Origin: Methanothermobacter thermautotrophicus str. Delta H
Lineage (GTDB): Archaea > Methanobacteriota > Methanobacteria > Methanobacteriales > Methanothermobacteraceae
NCBI RefSeq assembly: GCF_000008645.1
Contig: NC_000916.1
Coordinates: 60,001-92,000, forward strand
Direction: 5' to 3'
DNA: 32,000 nt
In this document: positions 29,376 through 32,000 of the stretch, piece after piece
Position numbering within the stretch: position 1 is the first letter of the stretch
Layout of the letters: the number at the start of each line of letters is the position of its first letter
Notes under the pieces: model-generated
Databases searched by the model: none
The model's input: only the letters and a program-made list of their open reading frames with translations
What the model was told of the DNA's origin: nothing
Translations under genes and position numbers: made by a program

Positions 29376-30526
29376 GGAAACAGGGGGTTCATATGAGGAT
29401 ATGCATCGTTACGGAGTACTTCCCTGGAGGCGAGGAGCTGAACATCCGGGGCGGTGCAGAGGCCTGTGCCTTCAACGAGGCCCTTAAACTGTCAGAGAAA
29501 CATGAGGTCACGGTACTGACATCAAGGACCCCTGAAAACCCTGAGAACTACAGATGCGGGAACATGGAGGTTATCTGCTGTGGCCCTGTGAGGTCCTATG
29601 TCCAGGCGGGTTCAATCACAGGGAGACTCTCCTTCATGTTATCAGCATACCGTGAGGGATTAAAACTTGACCCTGACGCGGTGATTGGCTACAACTTCAT
29701 AACACACCCCGTTGCCTGGATGATCGCAGGAAAAAGGAATGCTGCGGCACTGGCCCGCTACCATGACGTCTGGATCGGGGAGTGGGTGAGGAACATAGGG
29801 GTTTCAGGCATCCTCGGTGAGCTGCTTGAGAGGTACACACTCTCACGGAGATTCGACAGGATAGTGGCGGTATCTGAGTACACAGCAGGCAAGATCCTTG
29901 AGAGGTATCCCTGGCAGCAGGTCTCTGTTGTTCATAACATGGTCGACTTCAGGACACCTCCTGTCCGGAAAACCAGCACACCATCAATTGCATGTGTATC
30001 ACGCCTTGTTGAATACAAGAGGATCCAGGACCTCATAAGGGCGGTTTCGGTGATAAGGGAGAAGTTCCCTGATATAAGGTGCCGGATAATCGGCACAGGT
30101 CCCCTTGAGGAGCGTTTAAGGGGTCTTGCACGTGAACTTGCTGTTGAGGATAACGTTGAGTTCATGGGCTTCGTTGAGAAACACGCAGATGTACTGGAGG
30201 TTATAGCAGAGTCCTGGGTCTTCTGCCTTCCAAGCGTGGTTGAAGGCTTTGGAATAGTTGTTGTGGAGGCCATGGGCTGCGGGACACCCTTCGTGGCTGC
30301 CAGGATACCCCCTGTAATGGAGTCAAGCCAGGAGAAGGGAGGACTTTTCTTTGAACCCGGAAACTGGCGTGACCTTGCAGAGAAGCTTGAACTTTTGCTC
30401 TCCAGCGGAGAGCTCCATGAAAGGTTAAGCTCTGAGGCTGCAGATGTTTTCAGGGACTACAGTGCAGATTCCATAGGTAGAAAGCTGGAGAGAGTGCTGA
30501 CGGAGGTCACAGGCAGGGATGAATGA
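29372..30526 (+). CDS. GT4 family glycosyltransferase
   Basis: ICIVTEYFPGGEELNIRGGAEACAFNEALKLSEKHEVTVLTS..FVEKHADVLEVIAESWVFCLPSVVEGFGIVVVEAMGCGTPFVAARIPP. The true start may be MRICIV. Confidence 0.93.
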   Translation: MRKQGVHMRICIVTEYFPGGEELNIRGGAEACAFNEALKLSEKHEVTVLTSRTPENPENYRCGNMEVICCGPVRSYVQAGSITGRLSFMLSAYREGLKLDPDAVIGYNFITHPVAWMIAGKRNAAALARYHDVWIGEWVRNIGVSGILGELLERYTLSRRFDRIVAVSEYTAGKILERYPWQQVSVVHNMVDFRTPPVRKTSTPSIACVSRLVEYKRIQDLIRAVSVIREKFPDIRCRIIGTGPLEERLRGLARELAVEDNVEFMGFVEKHADVLEVIAESWVFCLPSVVEGFGIVVVEAMGCGTPFVAARIPPVMESSQEKGGLFFEPGNWRDLAEKLELLLSSGELHERLSSEAADVFRDYSADSIGRKLERVLTEVTGRDE

Positions 30527-30606
30527 TTCCCCCCATGGGTGTATTCGTGGTTCTTTTTCTCAGGGCTGCTGACAACTATTAATAGTCAGGGAACATAACT
30601 GATATT

Positions 30607-31289
30607 ATGGTTATCTACTTCAGAGGATGTCTTGCAAGGGAGAGACTGCACGGGATATCCAGGGCCACAGAGAAGATACTCAGAGCCGCAGGACTGGAAT
30701 ACAGAGTCCTTGATGAAGAGTCATGCTGTGGTTCGGTCCTTCTGAGGACAGGGTTCCTTGAAGAGGCAGAGATTCAGATAAGCAGGACAGGAAGCATGCT
30801 TGATGGGGAGGAGGTTGTTGTATCATGTGCTGGCTGCTACAGGACTCTCAGCAGGGATTACAGGGAGAGAGGTTATAATATAGCCGTTAAGCACATATCT
30901 CAGCTCATAGAGGAACTGATGGCAGAGGGTAGGATTGAATTTGAGAAAACAGACCTGAAGGTGACCTACCATGACCCCTGTCACCTCTCACGCCACAGCG
31001 ATGAAAGGGACACATCCAGGGCTATTCTGATGGAATTAACAGATTTCAGGGAAATGGAACATCATGGCAGGGACTCCAGATGCTGCGGTGCCGGAGGGGG
31101 CTGCGTTCAGCCCAACCTGATGTATCGTCTGCTGTGGCATCTTCACGGATACAAGAGGCTGCAAGGACCGGGGCAGACATCCTGTGCACCTCCTGTCCAT
31201 TCTGCAGCCTCAACCTCGGAGCAAGATCCATGAGGGTCATGGACATTACAGATGCTCCTATCGGAACTTATCAGGAGGAGAAACGTTGA
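30607..31289 (+). CDS. CCG-domain (HdrB/HdrD/LutA-like) Fe-S protein, interrupted in the G5 run at 31096-31100
   Basis: LDEESCCGSVLLRTG..VVSCAGCYRTL..VTYHDPCHLSRHSD..SRCCGAGGG. One added G leads into LRSAQPDVSSAVASSRIQEAARTGADILCTSCPFCSLNLG..., which ends at 31289. Confidence 0.9.
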
Positions 31290-32000
31290 ATGACAGTGAA
31301 ATCCGCCAGTATGAGGATTTCTTCAGCGAAATCAATGAAAGACGCCTTGAACTTCTGGATAGGCCAGAGGTGGCTGAACTGGCAGACAGGGTCAGGACGA
31401 TACGTGAATCATCCATTGAGAACCTCAACGAACTCATAGCAGGGGCATCTGAACGCTTCACGGAAAACGGCGTCGAGTTCCATCTTGCAGCTGACGCTGA
31501 TGATGCCTGCAGGATAATATATGAGAGCCTCGAAGGTGACACCATTGCAAAGTCAAAGTCCAACACCCTCTCCGAGATAGGGCTCGCAGATTACCTCAGG
31601 AGGAGGGGGGTGGAGGTAATTGAGACGGACCTGGGGGACCGTATACTCCAGCTTGCAGGTATAGGAAAACCTGCGCACCCTGTTGGACCGGCTCTCCACC
31701 TGGGTGTATCTGAAATAGCGGCCATAGTAAGGGATAAACTCGAAGCTGACATCAGGGATGATCCCCATGAGATAATGGAGGCGGTGAGATCCGATATACT
31801 GCAGTCCATAGCTGAATGCAGTGCAGGGATAACCGGTGCCAATTCTGTGGCAGCCTCTGATGGATCAGCTGTTATAGTCCATAACGAGGGAAACGTGGCC
31901 AGGCTCTCACTCATGGACACACACATCATGGTCTTTGGTGTGGATAAACTGGTCCCTCAGATCGAGGATGCTGTATCGGTGGTTAAACTGGAGACCGCCT
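31286..32000 (+). CDS. LUD-domain (LutB-like) protein, 3' end outside window
   Basis: TTG start overlaps the preceding stop (TTGA) after SD AGGAGGAG. Manual translation: NDSEIRQYEDFFSEINERRLELLDRPEVAELADRVRTIRESSIENLNELIAGASERFTENGVEFHLAADADDACRIIYESLEGDTIAKSKSNTLSEIGLADYLRRRGVEVIETDLGDRILQLAG... Absent from the ORF track because it runs off the window. Confidence 0.88.
   Translation, partial: MNDSEIRQYEDFFSEINERRLELLDRPEVAELADRVRTIRESSIENLNELIAGASERFTENGVEFHLAADADDACRIIYESLEGDTIAKSKSNTLSEIGLADYLRRRGVEVIETDLGDRILQLAGIGKPAHPVGPALHLGVSEIAAIVRDKLEADIRDDPHEIMEAVRSDILQSIAECSAGITGANSVAASDGSAVIVHNEGNVARLSLMDTHIMVFGVDKLVPQIEDAVSVVKLETA

Overview
This window looks like chromosomal DNA from a Methanothermobacter-like hydrogenotrophic methanogen. 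The AqpM-like aquaporin, archaeal-type PyrF, deoxyhypusine synthase, archaeal RibC, CbiMNQO cobalt transporter and a pseudomurein-binding-type repeat all support this. I assign about 30 protein-coding genes on both strands and see no rRNA, tRNA, CRISPR array or obvious mobile element. The most interesting loci are: (1) a very compact minus-strand cluster of two Cys-rich mini-proteins, a radical SAM/SPASM peptide-maturase-like enzyme and a VIT1-like membrane protein (11214-13198), a candidate Cys-rich peptide modification system; one peptide gene is absent from the supplied ORF track. (2) A cobalamin-binding protein carrying the W-x9-EH and E-x-H-x-x-G signatures of CarH-type B12 photosensors, upstream of a HisKA_2-type histidine kinase (18440-20546). 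(3) A possible CARF-like/winged-helix regulator divergent from a glutamate-synthase-like pair that lacks a local amidotransferase gene. Five coding regions are each broken by what looks like one missing base, mostly in short homopolymers. The same kind of lesion recurs, so sequencing or assembly error is the leading explanation over real pseudogenes.
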